From Hemiscyllium ocellatum (lineage: Eukaryota), in contig NC_083405.1 of the NCBI RefSeq assembly GCF_020745735.1, positions 28,114,345-28,178,344 of the forward strand: DNA of 64,000 nt, read 5' to 3'. The translations under genes and the position numbers were made by a program. The notes beneath the pieces were generated by a model. It was not told the origin of the DNA, did not search any database, and saw nothing but the letters and a program-made list of their open reading frames with translations. This document shows positions 1 through 12,898 of the stretch, piece after piece (position 1 is the stretch's first letter; each line of letters opens with the position of its first letter).

Positions 1-262
1 TAAGGAATAATGATTCAGTGTTTGCCTGCACAGTATTAGAAGGTATGCTGCTCTTTGCAAAATAATATACAAAGTTGTATCAGTTTGAAAACGGTCTCTC
101 GAAAAAAAAACATTTGCTATTAAAAAAGCATAATTACTTTTGACATAAAACATGCCATTTTACTGTTGGTCTTAGAAAATCAAAACATTTTACTTATACG
201 TGATTATTAAGTAACTGCGGTTTCTTTCCAAACCAGCGACAGAACTCACTGGCGAAGAGGAT

Positions 263-346
263 AACTGCAGTAATTCAGGCAGTTTCGTGTTGTAGAGATA
301 GACTTGAGCCCCAACAACATGAAACTACCTAAATCACACATCAGCT
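263..346 (-). ncRNA. mir-196: miR-196 precursor hairpin (HoxA locus, orthologous position to mir-196b); mature arm 310-331
   Basis: Reverse complement of 310-331 is UAGGUAGUUUCAUGUUGUUGGG (miR-196 mature). A complementary 3' arm (CUACAACACGAAACUGCCUGA) lies at ~275-295. Position is 3' of HoxA10, as expected between Hox9 and Hox10. Confidence 0.97.
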
Positions 347-2140
347 CTATCTCAGCTCTTTAGATTCCTATCCTTGTACATACATAGGTTAATCTAAATG
401 CAAATTCAACAAGCTTACCCAAACAACACAAAATCACATTATGATGTTACTCGTCACAAACTCGCATGCAGTTTACCAAACACGAAAGACATTCCTTTAA
501 CCTGCAATCTTGTAGTCTCTGAAATTATTTCCCAAGTAATTCAGTTCTTGCATTCCAGGCCGGAATGGTATTCAAATGAATGGATTTAATTGTAAATTCA
601 GCACGAGAATAATTGTTGGTTCCCTACTAAAAATGGCGGGTTCTTTATTATCGCTGTGCAGGATTTCACGCGATCTGAATGCATGTCATTCACTCTAGTG
701 ATGATAAGCCATAGCAACTTGTCTGCACTGCAATTATCACGAGTTCAAGGTTTGTCCGAATAAAAGAGCTAGTCAGATGACATAGCCTTTCGAGATAAAT
801 TTTCTTTTTTCCCCTTTATTCCCCATCCCTCTGCCAAAAAAGACGATATAGTAACTTCAACTTTTATTTGTGAAAGGCATTAGTTGTATTTTAAAATATA
901 ATAGATGCAAGATTATGAGAAATAACCTCTTACCTATCAGTTTAAAATATAGGATAATAGGCCCTTGCATTCGTTCCTTTTACAGACCTTACCTTCATCG
1001 TAAATGTGTCCAAAGGTCTTATCTGCTGTTTTTTTCGATTCCTCACTCTCTTCTGATTCTAGCCGATTAAAAGATCTGGAAGTGTATTGTGCTCAGAGAA
1101 AATCAATTTCCTACATCCGAGCCGTGCTCTGCTTCCTCTGTCTTCGTGGCTGTTCGCTCAACTGAAACCACTCGTCCAAGACAGCAACAACCCAGATATA
1201 CTAGCAAGTCATAAAACTCAACAAAAGCCGACAAACGTTACAGCACCATTGCTATATAGCCCAGACAAATTACGACCGTCTAGGTAATATTTAAATAGAT
1301 TGTAACGGTAATTGCCAGTCTTTACACCCACCATTCCTGCTGTAAGCTTCCTCAACAGATAAGGTAAGAAAGAAATCGAACACAAAATGAGATAAAACAA
1401 TATACATGTACCTATCTCAAAGCACTCCGACCAAATACGTTTATTCATCTTTCATGAAAACACAAGTTTTGTTAACGTACAGAGTGCAGCAGCAATAGGA
1501 TTGAGCAGAATTTGAGTCCTCAAGTGAAAGCATTTCATCATTGCAAACCCAAATGAATCAATTCTATTTGTTTTTTTTTAATGTGAAATAACGGCAGTGA
1601 ATAAAAGGTCCGACATCCTACTCTTCTGTCCTTGCAATAGTGTTTCACATTTAAATGTGATCTGATGTTTCAGTTCATGGTATGTGATATCTTTATGTAA
1701 CAACACACTTTACAGCATATTCACATTTAACTTCTATTAACATGTCAGTATACGGTAGGTACTTATTTTGGAATTATTTTAACAGCATGGGTCATCTGTA
1801 TTTAGACATTACAAAGTTTGATTTACTTAGCTGATAATTGGTAATTAGCACAATTAAAAAGATTGTTGTCAGGTCCCCCTCCCCCCACGGTTGTTTGGAA
1901 AAATCATCATACAGGGCGATAACTTCTGTTCATGCCTTACTTATCAGTGGCAACACACATTATCATAGTTACAGAAACAGACTACCGCCACAAATAAAAA
2001 CAAAACACGTAAATCGAAATATCTACAACCAGCACAAGGCTGAGGAGTCAGAGGTAAGTGGAAAAGTTTTTAGTCTTTTAGTGACACTAGCACAGCTTCC
2101 CGATGTCCCTTTAATTTCTGTAAACCAGTGTTTGTGTTTA

Positions 2141-2415
2141 TCATGAAAAGCTGAAGTTAGCTGTAAGCTCCCGAATCCTGTTCTCACGGTTCATTTTCTT
2201 GAGTTTCATCCTGCGATTTTGAAACCAGATTTTGACCTGTCTGTCAGTCAGGTGGACGCTGCGGCTAATCTCTAGGCGACGCTCTCGAGTCAGGTACATG
2301 TTGAAGAGAAACTCTTTCTCCAGCTCCAGGGTTTGATGTTTGGTGTAAGGGCAACGTTTTTTTCTGCCACTCTTTGCAGTCAGCCAGTTGGCCCCATTTT
2401 CAGCTTTCACCTCCC
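2141..2415 (-). CDS. HOXA10: HoxA10 exon 2 (homeodomain)
   Basis: Encodes [82 protein letters not shown]. Long pyrimidine tract and TAG acceptor at 2418-2416; phase-1 junction matches exon 1. Joined CDS is 1035 nt = 344 aa. Confidence 0.97.
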
Positions 2416-3819
2416 CTAGGAAGTGAAGGGGTGAGAAAGAGAGACAGAAGAAGGTAGAAAATAGAGAGATAAGCAGAGAGAGAGAGACGAAATAGATGGA
2501 AAGAGAGGAAAAGAAGTTTATCATGTTTCGTAATTTAATTTTCAATACTTGTGGTAGGTTTAGGTGATTTTAGTTGTAATCTGCATTCTACAATGTCACT
2601 TGATCTACAAATATTTCAGTTGCGTTATGAAATACATAAAATGTTATGTCTTTCAATTAATATTGTTAATGGATTCCATGGTATTATTTTTTAGTTAGAA
2701 TTGTACAATTTATCTTGTCAGCACCCACTGTGTATATCCACATGGAGCGTCAACAAATAACATTTTCACTTATTTTGTGACTGAAACGGTTCTGTGAAAT
2801 ACGTTGTGTAAGAGCGAGCTGTATGTCCATTTAAATCGAAGGCAAAATTAGTTTGAAGTTCTGTTGGATGTTGGTATATTAATGTGATTTGAAGTTAATT
2901 GCTAACCTTGTTATGTACTTGGGATGATACTGTCTATTTCATTTTATTTTGCAAGAATCTCCTTTCTGCTCCTGTTTAATATGTTTGGATGCTGAATTGA
3001 TCATTAGTTAACCACTGAAAGACATATTTTGCTTCAATTTTCCCTAAAAGTTCAATATTTTGCTTAGCACCAGTAGGCGTGTCTTTCCCTCTTTCCTTCA
3101 TTCCCAATTTTGTTTCAGCCGCCTTTCTCGCCATGTTTAAAATCTGTGCTTCGCTATTGCTTTAGCCTGAGGAAGTTAAGCTATTTCGTGTACGGAAACA
3201 ACTCAAATTGAACAGATTGACGTATTTGCTCTTCGCTGCAATGTTTTAAGCTATTTTAACACCTCATCAGTTTACTTTATTTGTAATAACTTTATCTTTT
3301 TTTTCGGAAGTTCTATAAAATCAAAACTAACCATTTCCACAGATTAACAGCGTTTCTATTGCATTAATATAATCTATTTGACCACCTGGATTTCAGACAC
3401 CGTATAAACTAACGACTAAAAGCATTACAGCTTCAAATTTGAGCTTATTTAAATTCAATGTGCAATAATTATACGCTGATAAATAGTATCAAATATCTCA
3501 CAAAAGAGTTCCATATCAGTCTTTCATACTTTGAAAACTTTTTCGAAATTTTTCATGCTTTTTCTATGAGCCCCAGAACATAAAACATCCCTGGGTTCCT
3601 TTGAGTATTATTTATTGGCTGTGTTCTGTTTACTTTGGACCCTGTGTGCAAATATGTCCTTCTATGCGGTACGTTTAAATAACTGCAGAAAGGATTCGTG
3701 GTTTGTAACTTATCTGACAAGTTTAGACTGCGGCTACAATTGACTCCGGAACGTGGGCTCGTGCTATAAACTATAGTAGGCATTAATTTTTACAGCATAG
3801 CTCACGCCCAAAAATAAAA

Positions 3820-3833
3820 AGTTCACAAGGTCA
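3820..3833 (+). promoter_or_regulatory. DR2-type retinoic acid/nuclear receptor response element in HoxA10 intron
   Basis: AGTTCA-CA-AGGTCA, a perfect RG(G/T)TCA direct repeat with 2-bp spacer, flanked on both sides by AAATAAA (posterior Hox/Cdx-type TTTAT sites). Confidence 0.55.
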
Positions 3834-3935
3834 AAATAAAACCCTCTTTGTTACGCCTGTTGGCTGTACCTGCCACGTCTCCCCGGTTCTGAGTGCTAGC
3901 TGTATAAATTCCCCTCGGCCTTTTTATTTACCTAC

Positions 3936-4695
3936 CTTTTGTTTCTTTCTCAGGAGAATGTTTACTGCTCTCTGAAGGGACTGGAGATGATTCCTCGTTC
4001 GCTGAAGAAGCCGGAGCTTCTGCCTCTTCTCTCTCCGAACCGCAGGTTAAATGACCAGGGGATGTCCCTTCACTTCCTTTTCTCCCCAACTCAGTCGGGG
4101 TCGAAGCTGAAGAAGGGGGTGTTCCATATCGGATCTGGGATTGGGCTACAAATGGAGAGGTCCCAACCTGCCCTGTGTTGTTATAAAGTGTCTGTTTAGA
4201 TGTCGGATAGGCTTGGGACAGACGGAAATAGCCGGGGACAGGAACCCCGCCGCTAGTAGTAGTGTCACTATTGGAGCACGATTCTGATGTTAGCCTTGGG
4301 AACGTGGAAAGATCTGTTGCTGTTGAGCTTTTAGGGCATTTCTCAGAATCGTACAAACAATATGCATTCTCTTCTTTGATATTCTGGGGGAAGGAACATG
4401 CTGCCACTTGCTGGGTTGCAGGTTGCTCCATGCGACAGGACCTTGGGGGATCTGACCAGACCTCCATCCCGCTCATGTAAGGATGAGAAGTCAGGACCAT
4501 ACTCTGAGAGTTGTTCTCGCTGCGTTTGCTGAGGGATGGGAAAAGTCCACAGTTCTGGGTGCCGTAAGAGAGCTCAGAGGCAGGCGGCAGGTATACACTG
4601 CTGTTGGGGTAATAGGCTCCTTCCCCGCCACGGCCCACGCTGATCAGAGAATCTACTAAAAAGGAGTTTGCAGACGGACTGTCTGAGCATGACAT
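3936..4695 (-). CDS. HOXA10: HoxA10 exon 1
   Basis: MSCSDSPSANSFLVDSLI N-terminus, IKEE and VPVPGYFRLSQAY Hox10 motifs; donor AAAG|GTAGGT at 3936/3935. Confidence 0.96.
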
Positions 4696-4734
4696 TGTTG
4701 TGGGGTAATTTGGCGAAAGCAGAAGCTATCCAGT

Positions 4735-4746
4735 TCAGGCTGACAT
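4735..4746 (-). promoter_or_regulatory. uORF (ATG TCA GCC TGA; MSA*) in HoxA10 5' leader
   Basis: In-frame ATG 51 nt upstream of the main ATG, closed by TGA; second in-frame stop TAG at 4728-4726. Confidence 0.6.
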
Positions 4747-4799
4747 TTCTTGTGCAAACACGCTGAATATGATTAGAGATACCTCCGCAGCACGACAGG

Positions 4800-4870
4800 C
4801 GGGATGGGCCAATCGAATGGCTGAGTTGGACAGAAGCCCCTCCTCCACGGAGGGTTGCGTCACTGAAACT
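4800..4870. promoter_or_regulatory. HoxA10 proximal promoter elements
   Basis: GGCCAATCG CCAAT box (~4809-4813) and CRE-like TGACGCAA (minus strand, ~4855-4862), 110-170 bp upstream of the ATG. Confidence 0.45.
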
Positions 4871-7800
4871 GCAATAAGGTCACCATATGTATTCGGTAAA
4901 CTGCAAAAGCGTCTAAATGCATCTTTATTTACTCGGTTCTACTTTATTAGAAACACGTCCTTCGAATAAAATCATGTAAAAAAAAAGGCTCCAACATGTC
5001 ATACAATATCAACACAAGTTTGAGCAAATCCATAAAGCGGCCTGACTGAAACATACGAGCAATCAGTTTCATATTTTAAACTGCTCACAGAAGAAGTTAA
5101 CAGAAATGGAACTTCTAACTATGCTATTCTGCACTTTTCATTGTGGGCTTTAATTGTCTGCCAGTTACAGGCGAGAAACCAGTAGTAATCTTGACTTTCA
5201 CGGTCTGCCTGTGATTAGCTATAATGGTTGCTGCTCTATTTTCACAGGGAGTACTATCATTCTGACTAATACTACAGAATTTATTTAATTAATGTTAAGT
5301 TACAGAACAATTCTTTCACGCGTCTGTTTCAGAATCACATCTGGACATAAAGCTTCTAGGTTGCATTTCTGGTTTGCTTGTTCGCAGTCTAAAGTTTAAC
5401 AGGTTAATGCAATGTGCTGCAGCTCTGTGGTTTAAGTGTAGAAGGTCAGTGACAACAAACTAATAAAGTAACATAATCTATTCCTTTTCTCTCCTCTTCT
5501 ATGTCACCAGCATTGCATCTTAGACATTAGTTAGGTATTGACCACTTCAGATATTACATACCTACCATTTCAGGAAATCGAAAACATTTCTTTTACAATG
5601 CTTTAACCATTGCATTCTTCGACTGCCCGAGCTACAGGAGAGAGCGTTTACCACATCTATAAAATCGATCTCATCATTTCGTCTTAAAAAGAGAAAACAA
5701 GACTGTTAAACAGAATTTTACAACGCTCTCAACTACAAGCCGGTCAAGTTTAAAACAAGGCACAGAAAAACAGAATCCTCGTCCACAGTTTCTCTCTCCA
5801 GCCGATCAAAGGCAACTATTAGAATTGAAGTGAACAGCTACAAGAACAAAAAAAACTGCAAACTGCACTGTGTCCTTTGCAGGAGGGGAGCCGGAGCTTC
5901 GGCTTGTGAAGTTTTCTTCCCGAGTGAGGTGGCGTTCAAGGACAAATATAGACAAAGTGGCGCTAAAATTCTTAATATCAGTGCCGGTTGAAGTTAAGTG
6001 AGATAAAATGTAAGCACTGTTCCCTTTCCACCAAACAACCCCCACACCCCGCCAAAGATTATCATGGCCAGAATAAACGTCCGTGTTTATTAGAGTGTGC
6101 GCTCCATTCCTCTCCGAATTGGCGATTTTGTGGAATATCTGTACAATGTGACATATATCAATGCGACTCCGGAAAGGAGACATGCTATTTGTGTTTTGTT
6201 CGGCCACCTCTGTAATCAAGCGCTGCCAACAATGACGCTCGCAAATGTACTCTTTAGGTTGGGACCGGGAGTAAACAGTGTGATTTCACTGTGACAGAGG
6301 ACTTAATCTTCAGCCTCTGGCTTTGCTGCCTTTTACTACGAGTTAATTTGAAACCGTCCACGAATTCTGCCCCCACCACGAGCAAAACCCACCTCGGCAC
6401 TATTATTTCCGTTGTTGTTACTTTCACTCTGGCGCTGGATTAAAGTGCAAAAAATGCTGCTAATCCAAAGCAGGTTATTCAAAATATTGCTTGTGGTAAA
6501 GTCAGCGGGATATGAAGGCCGGTTTTACACGCACCGTGTTTGCTGAGGGGCCGTCTCAGAGGATTCTTTCGTCTTGCTTGTTTTTTTTAGCACAAACAAC
6601 TGCTTAGAATTATCACGGTCGTCCAGAAGACCTATAAAAATTTAAACGTGCTGTATCAAAAAATGAAAATATTCCCTTTTGCAGTCCCACTGTGCCTATG
6701 ACACGTATGATCATGGGAGCATACAAAGATTTACTGGGAGGGAAATAACAATTGTCATCTATACCAGTCTCATATATAAAGACTCAAGCTACTGTACACC
6801 AATGCTAACTAGCAGCATGGTTATGTATTGAAGTCACGATATTTATCTGATTCTTGTGGTAAATATATCATTGTTTAATATATTGATTCCATATTTGGAT
6901 AATTTTATTAGTGCATTTTTTGGATCTGCAATGGGCTTGAACGTTTATAACCCAGTTTCCCAGTAAAACTGTAATGTGGATAGTAGATTGGTTGCTGCAG
7001 TTTCTAGGGGCACTGCAGTCCTTTCCAAACTTTATTGGTAGGAATGGGGGCGAGGGCCGTGTGACTGCTGTATACATTAAAAACACACACGCACTGGGAA
7101 GTAATTGAAGCAGCAAGGATATACAGGGGAAAGTTCCTTTCCCAGTTTCTAAGATGTCGTAATTACGCATTGTGACATTGTTAACAGTCCAGAAATATTA
7201 TTAACTCTGCCGAGAAGGAGACGAAAGATGAAATGACTTGATCGTAACACGACAAGAAAAAGATGTAAGAAATAGTTGTAGAAAACGTCTAAATCCGTAT
7301 GTTGTGCAATATTTCTGCGGAATGTAACAACTTTCCCTTGACATAAGAAAGAATAACGAAGACCATTTTCTTTTCCTCAAGCTGTATCGATCCTGATTAT
7401 TACAAGAGTTCTCCATTTCTCCTCCAACGCGCCAGCAATAAACAAACGTCTCGAAACCCTGCATCAAATGAGGTAAACGATACGTTCTCCAATCCACTGG
7501 CCAAAGAGCGAGCTTGGAAGGCAGTAGAGCGAGTGGTCATTCTGAGGCAGAAAAGTGATTTCAAAGCCTGAGCAGATCAGGATGACCGCACTCATAGCTC
7601 GGGCTCGTTCTTAGCCTAGATCGTGAACTTAAGACTGAAAGCCAGACAGAATGAGACTTTCGCTGTGCTTTGCTAAATAAAGATTCGAAAAGTCTTCGTA
7701 CACTCACCACTTGTCGATCTATATGAAATTACTTTCAATTACTTAACATGTAATTTTATTAACAAAAAATCTATGTAACACTTTGTGAAGTGTTGTGTTA

Positions 7801-7886
7801 AAAAGAAGCGCCTCACCCTTCAAGTGTACTCGTCATTATGCGTGTGCGCAGTAAATTCCTTTCAGTCTACCAACTAGAATAAGTAG

Positions 7887-7900
7887 CTGCCATCTACAGA
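7887..7900 (-). promoter_or_regulatory. Candidate CTCF site (A10|A11 intergenic)
   Basis: Minus strand TCTGTAGATGGCAG versus consensus CCASYAGRKGGCRS. Confidence 0.4.
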
Positions 7901-10863
7901 CTATTTAAAAAAAAAGACTCCAGTTCCTTAAGATGTTTCTACACCTCTGGATGATCGAAGAGAGATTATTGTCTCGTGTCTTGAAAACTAAATCTAAAAA
8001 CAATGGCGCCCTTTTACTTGCTCTGCATTAATCGGTTTTACAGTTAGACATCTGAACCACTGTACATTTTGTTCCTCAGAATATTGTTGCAAATAGACTT
8101 TTTAAAGTGTACTTTATGAAAATATTCAAGCTAAGTTGATAAGTAAACGCTAAAATCTGACAACCCTACGGCATTTGTGTTTCGGTTCTTTATACACAGT
8201 GTTTATAACACCAAATCTATTCAAACTAAACCGCTACACTTTTTTTTCAAAATTAGGTAAGGAAACCGAATCCAAATTTTGCTCTTGAAACACAAATTAG
8301 TGAATGCAGGCCGCAGTCAGGACCTGTGAAGAACTTGCCCTTGTTATATTCACTTATCTCACTAAATCTGCAATTCTAATTCTTTTTGTAAATTACTACC
8401 ACAGCATTCTAATGCAGAAAACCTCTAAGTGTCTTAGGGATAACTTATCGCTCGGTGTTAAAAAAAATGAATGGCGTTAAAACAGGGAGAAGCAATTAGC
8501 ATGGTTTAAACAATCTTTTTACATATGCATTCCAATATAAAACTAACAGGACAAATTCAGCGAAGCCCAAAACCCGCTATGATAAACAGCAAGTCTGAAT
8601 AAAATATGCAGCAACAACAAAAACTGAGCACAAAACTGCTTAACGCATTAGTAAGGCAAAAATATTCATCCTGACTATAACAAAACATTGTTGCTTCAAT
8701 AAATTAGGTAAGGTGCGCCAAGTAACTTATAAAGATAATTCATTTGTTTTATTTTAACACATGTTAGTTCAGTTATTTTAGTTCATTCACAATTATCTGT
8801 GAGGAAACCCTTTTAAGGAATTAAAAAAACGAAAAATAGGGTTGGAAATAAACGATTTTAAATGAAACAAAAACTGCATCTAAAAGTCCACAGTGGACAA
8901 CACTTCGCGCGGTAAGCTTCCTGAATGCGAAGTTAAATGAGTCTGGTCATAATGAAAAATAACTCGCTTACACATTATTTTATAGATCAAGGACAGTTTC
9001 TGGCGATCAAGGTTGTTCAATTAAAAACTCTTCGAACAATTCAAAGGAAAGCGTTCCGATGGAAATAGGGTGGAAGAACCTTGTTGTCAGGGTTTAAAAT
9101 CTATTATCTAGACTGAATAGCGTGAATTGTTTCCTGTGCAATATTCTGAATGACACGTTGTTACCGGTTCCTTTCAAAAAAAACGAGAAGTCTTACAATA
9201 ATTCAGACTTGAGTTTCCCTTCAGGATTACAGGTGAAAATGTTCAGATTGCAGAAACCATGCATAGCTAACAGGAACAGAAACATAGAAAAGCGTTAACA
9301 GGCTCAGATATACACTTGCTTGTCGCTTTATAATAAAAGAGCTTTTGATTGGATTTTATTGAAACACGCAGACAGCTTTCACTTATTTGAAAACATAAGC
9401 TTATGTTAATTTGTGTAATTTACAATCAGAGCCTGGAATTCTGATTTTAGTTGGTATAATTTGATGTAATTAAGTATACAGCTTTTTCTCCCCGCTGACA
9501 GAGTTGTTCACTGCCTTTCTTTCCTCATCCAAAGCCTCAGCCTCCCACCCAACCATACCGCTCATTTCCACCCCCCTCCCCATCCCCAAAAAAAAGCGGC
9601 ACAATTCAGTCGTTTAGGCCACGGTGAAGGTGACGCAGCGGGGGTCAGGTCACAAGCCAAAAGAATGCCCATGTTATGTATCACGTCGAAAATAAAGTCT
9701 CGGTGTAAAATATACAATTACAACAAATTTCTCACATTAGTCTCCTGTGTAGAACTGCACTGATTTTAACGCTATCATTCAATAGTTTGATACCTCCGAA
9801 CAAAGAAGCACTTGTGATTTTAATACTCAATTTAAAGTCGTTCAAAACCATAACGGAACGACAAGACTTTTAGAGAAAAAAATTCAGGGTAACTTCAACA
9901 AATATGAACTGCGCACATGCTAGTTCTGTTTAATATATAGCCTCAATGGTCCAGAATTAAGTAAACGTTAACTTCTTTTAACATCTTCGATTACATCTCC
10001 CTCTTTCAAACAAAGCACTTACTGTAACCAATGCTCCCAAATGTTTCAATTTATTGCTGTAGAAACAAAGCTATCCTTTAGTAAAATGTTTTTAACGTGC
10101 ATTATTATCTTGCTTGGGTGATCCTTGTTAAGTAGTTGTGTAGAGGAAGTCTGTATGGAAAGTAATGCATGTGGGAGCTAACAACAAAATGCCTTCAAAT
10201 CTGAATGATAGCAAAACTTAGTCGCTGCACAGACGAACAACTGTGACAATGTGCTTTCTCTGAAATAACAAAAAAAAGAGAGAATTAACTAGCTTTTAAA
10301 AAATCGACGAAAGTGCAATTAAACTTTGGGATGTCTAGACAGTTCTATTTTCCGAACAGTTAAATGAAAGTTCACAGCGGCAGGTCGGGGGTAATGTTTG
10401 TTCTATGGCTCCTCTTACGGTTTTTATTCATTCTTCACTGTTGCAAAATACTGCTGGTCCCAGTTGCAAAATCGTAAGTGTCTCTATGGCTTATTAGGAG
10501 AGTTATTTAGTTATATATTCGTGAAATCCGTAAACTCTTGGAATGACGATTTACTCCTTGTGTATGATTTAAAATGTTATTTCAGCAACTGCAAAAGATG
10601 CAACTCTTTTTAGAATATATTTCTAACAAAGCTAAATAGGGATTACTGAAATTGTCTGGTTTTTTTCCAAAAATGATAGCCTTTTAATAACTAGGTTACT
10701 ACTAGGTGTCTATTCTATGAGTAACCAGTAAGCAGGATATTGTCTACCAATAGAGCCTTATTATAAGTTATTTTGATTAACATCTGATCTACAAAACCAG
10801 TTCGCTCTGAAATACAAATGTATACTTTTTACAGAGCGGAAAACCAAAATCACTGGTGTGTTG

Positions 10864-10897
10864 TGCAAGTGTTGATTCTAGACCCAGAGGGCGCTGT
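10864..10897 (+). promoter_or_regulatory. Candidate CTCF site with upstream-module-like TGCAA (A10|A11 intergenic)
   Basis: GACCCAGAGGGCGCTG at 10881; TGCAAG starts 17 bp upstream of the core, the usual offset of the CTCF U-module. Confidence 0.45.
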
Positions 10898-12884
10898 GGT
10901 TTAAAGTGGGCTCAATGTCTAACGCGCGTGCAGTAAATATTGAGGCTGTACAGTTTCTTGGTGGGAATCTACTTCATGGCATGTATCAAACGCCAGATAA
11001 CATTCTGTTAAAATAATTAACGTATAAAATTAGAAATTGCCATTATTGTTCTGCAGATTAAAACAAAAGGAAAACGGAAAGGCAGAAAACTATATTGCAA
11101 ATAGACACTGAACAGTATTCAGGTTTAAAACTCAATAACTTGCAATTTAATCAAAGCAGTGGATTAGATTGAAACCAGACGACAATTCATGCATAGTTTT
11201 CTTTTCACCATTTTTCTTATTAGATGAGCACTGTGAAGCAAACATGCGCATATGCACGCAGAAGTATACTATGAAATAAAATATATTTTTATACGAATTT
11301 CCTTTGAATGCATGATTTTAAAGTGTTCAACGTAATAATAGCTGTCACAAGTAGCATGTTTTGAGTATTTTTTTTATCCCGGCGTTCTAGTCTAGGGAAG
11401 CGCTGTCGAAAGCAATGTTGAACTGAACAAATCTGATCTGCTTGTCGGCAGATGCAATTTAAGATCAACAAGTAGAATGCTCACATGGACTTTGTTCCCA
11501 AAAGCAAATCTTGTTTACTTTAGTTAATAAATTCGGAACTAAATTATTAAATGTTTTCAATCCAAATTCTTTAGAGGAAGTTCTTTTATTTTTAACGCCT
11601 TTAAACATTAGCTGTTTTGGATACCTATTTTTATAAATGAATGTCGGAAATATGCAAATACATGGTGAATATATAGCTCTAATTTCTGCATTGTGTGACG
11701 CCTGAAGCAAAAATAAAGCGGGGTTCTTTGAATTAAAACAAAATGTGTGCAGCAGTGGGGAACATTTCTTAATATCTAAAAGTCAACTTTGAACGGAAAA
11801 GAAACAATATTATCCGACTGAGTCATATAAATAAAAAAACGCAAATTTGTCCATCAAGCAAGTTTCCCGACGCACTTGAGGCTTCAACATTCAATCAATA
11901 TTTAAGGAACGTTTAAAAAAACCTCGGGAATGGGTTATTTTTTTAAAAAATAAACTGATTATTTGTTGAGCAAACCAGAAGCACACATTAAGCGACATTA
12001 TGCAATTTACAGAAACGTGTTATATATTGAACGCAATTGTCAAGATTAACGGTCGAATATTTTGACTTTTTCTGATACTTTCAATAAAACGTCTGATTAT
12101 TAAGGATCCGAATCACGGTTATTTAGAAACAAACGTAATTTAGTATTGTAAATCAAACTGAAAAAAAAATGTACCGCTGGTTTATGGTAGCGTTATGCTG
12201 AAACATAATCGAGTAGAGATCAGTCAGTATAACGCAGAGACAGAAGCAAAATTTAAAGAAAGATAATGTAAAAGTTAAACCCTTGAATTAAACATTTCCT
12301 CCATGACCTACAAATGTGGCAATTCGTCTTAAATATTGTTGTTGCAATAAAATAATTTGTTAGAAGTGTTTTATTTCTACAGTATTGTGTAGTCGAACCC
12401 ACTTTCAAAACTCAAGTCTACCGTGAAATAAAAAAAAACCGTGCGGCTTCCCTTTCCCAGAGATCTTTTTTGGGCGAAATAAAATGCATTTCAAAAGGAA
12501 CTTTTATCCCTCCAATCTGTAATTGTTACACTAACTTTAAACATTATATCTTTGACGATTCGTTGATAGTTCAGTAACATTTATGAAGCCGATTGAAAAA
12601 TCTGTAAACTGTTAGATGGATTTTGGTCCAATAAAACGTCCATGTTGTATCTACATAGACTCTAATCACCTACCTTTGTTTGCAAAACGATTATTTTGGA
12701 GCTATTTTGGGACATTTCCAGTCTATTGGATTTAATTTATCACTCGAAGTCCTTCAGCATTCAATTCGGATTTAAGAAACGAACATATTTCTTTTGGAAC
12801 TCGTGCTTTGGAAAAAGGATAGCTCAAATATTTCTCCATATAGATTTTTGCTGCCCTACAGCGGCTTTGACATTGATCTAACTG

Positions 12885-12898
12885 GCGCCACCATGTGG
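12885..12898 (-). promoter_or_regulatory. Candidate CTCF site (3' of HoxA11)
   Basis: Minus strand CCACATGGTGGCGC(CA), close to consensus CCACCAGGTGGCGC. Confidence 0.45.

Noticed and set aside
2416-2545. N-terminal part of ORF 2141-2545 as coding (hydrophobic, signal-peptide-like)
   Set aside because: It is the intronic CT-rich polypyrimidine tract before the HoxA10 exon 2 acceptor. The same applies to the intronic extensions of ORFs 15932-16258 and 30203-30484.
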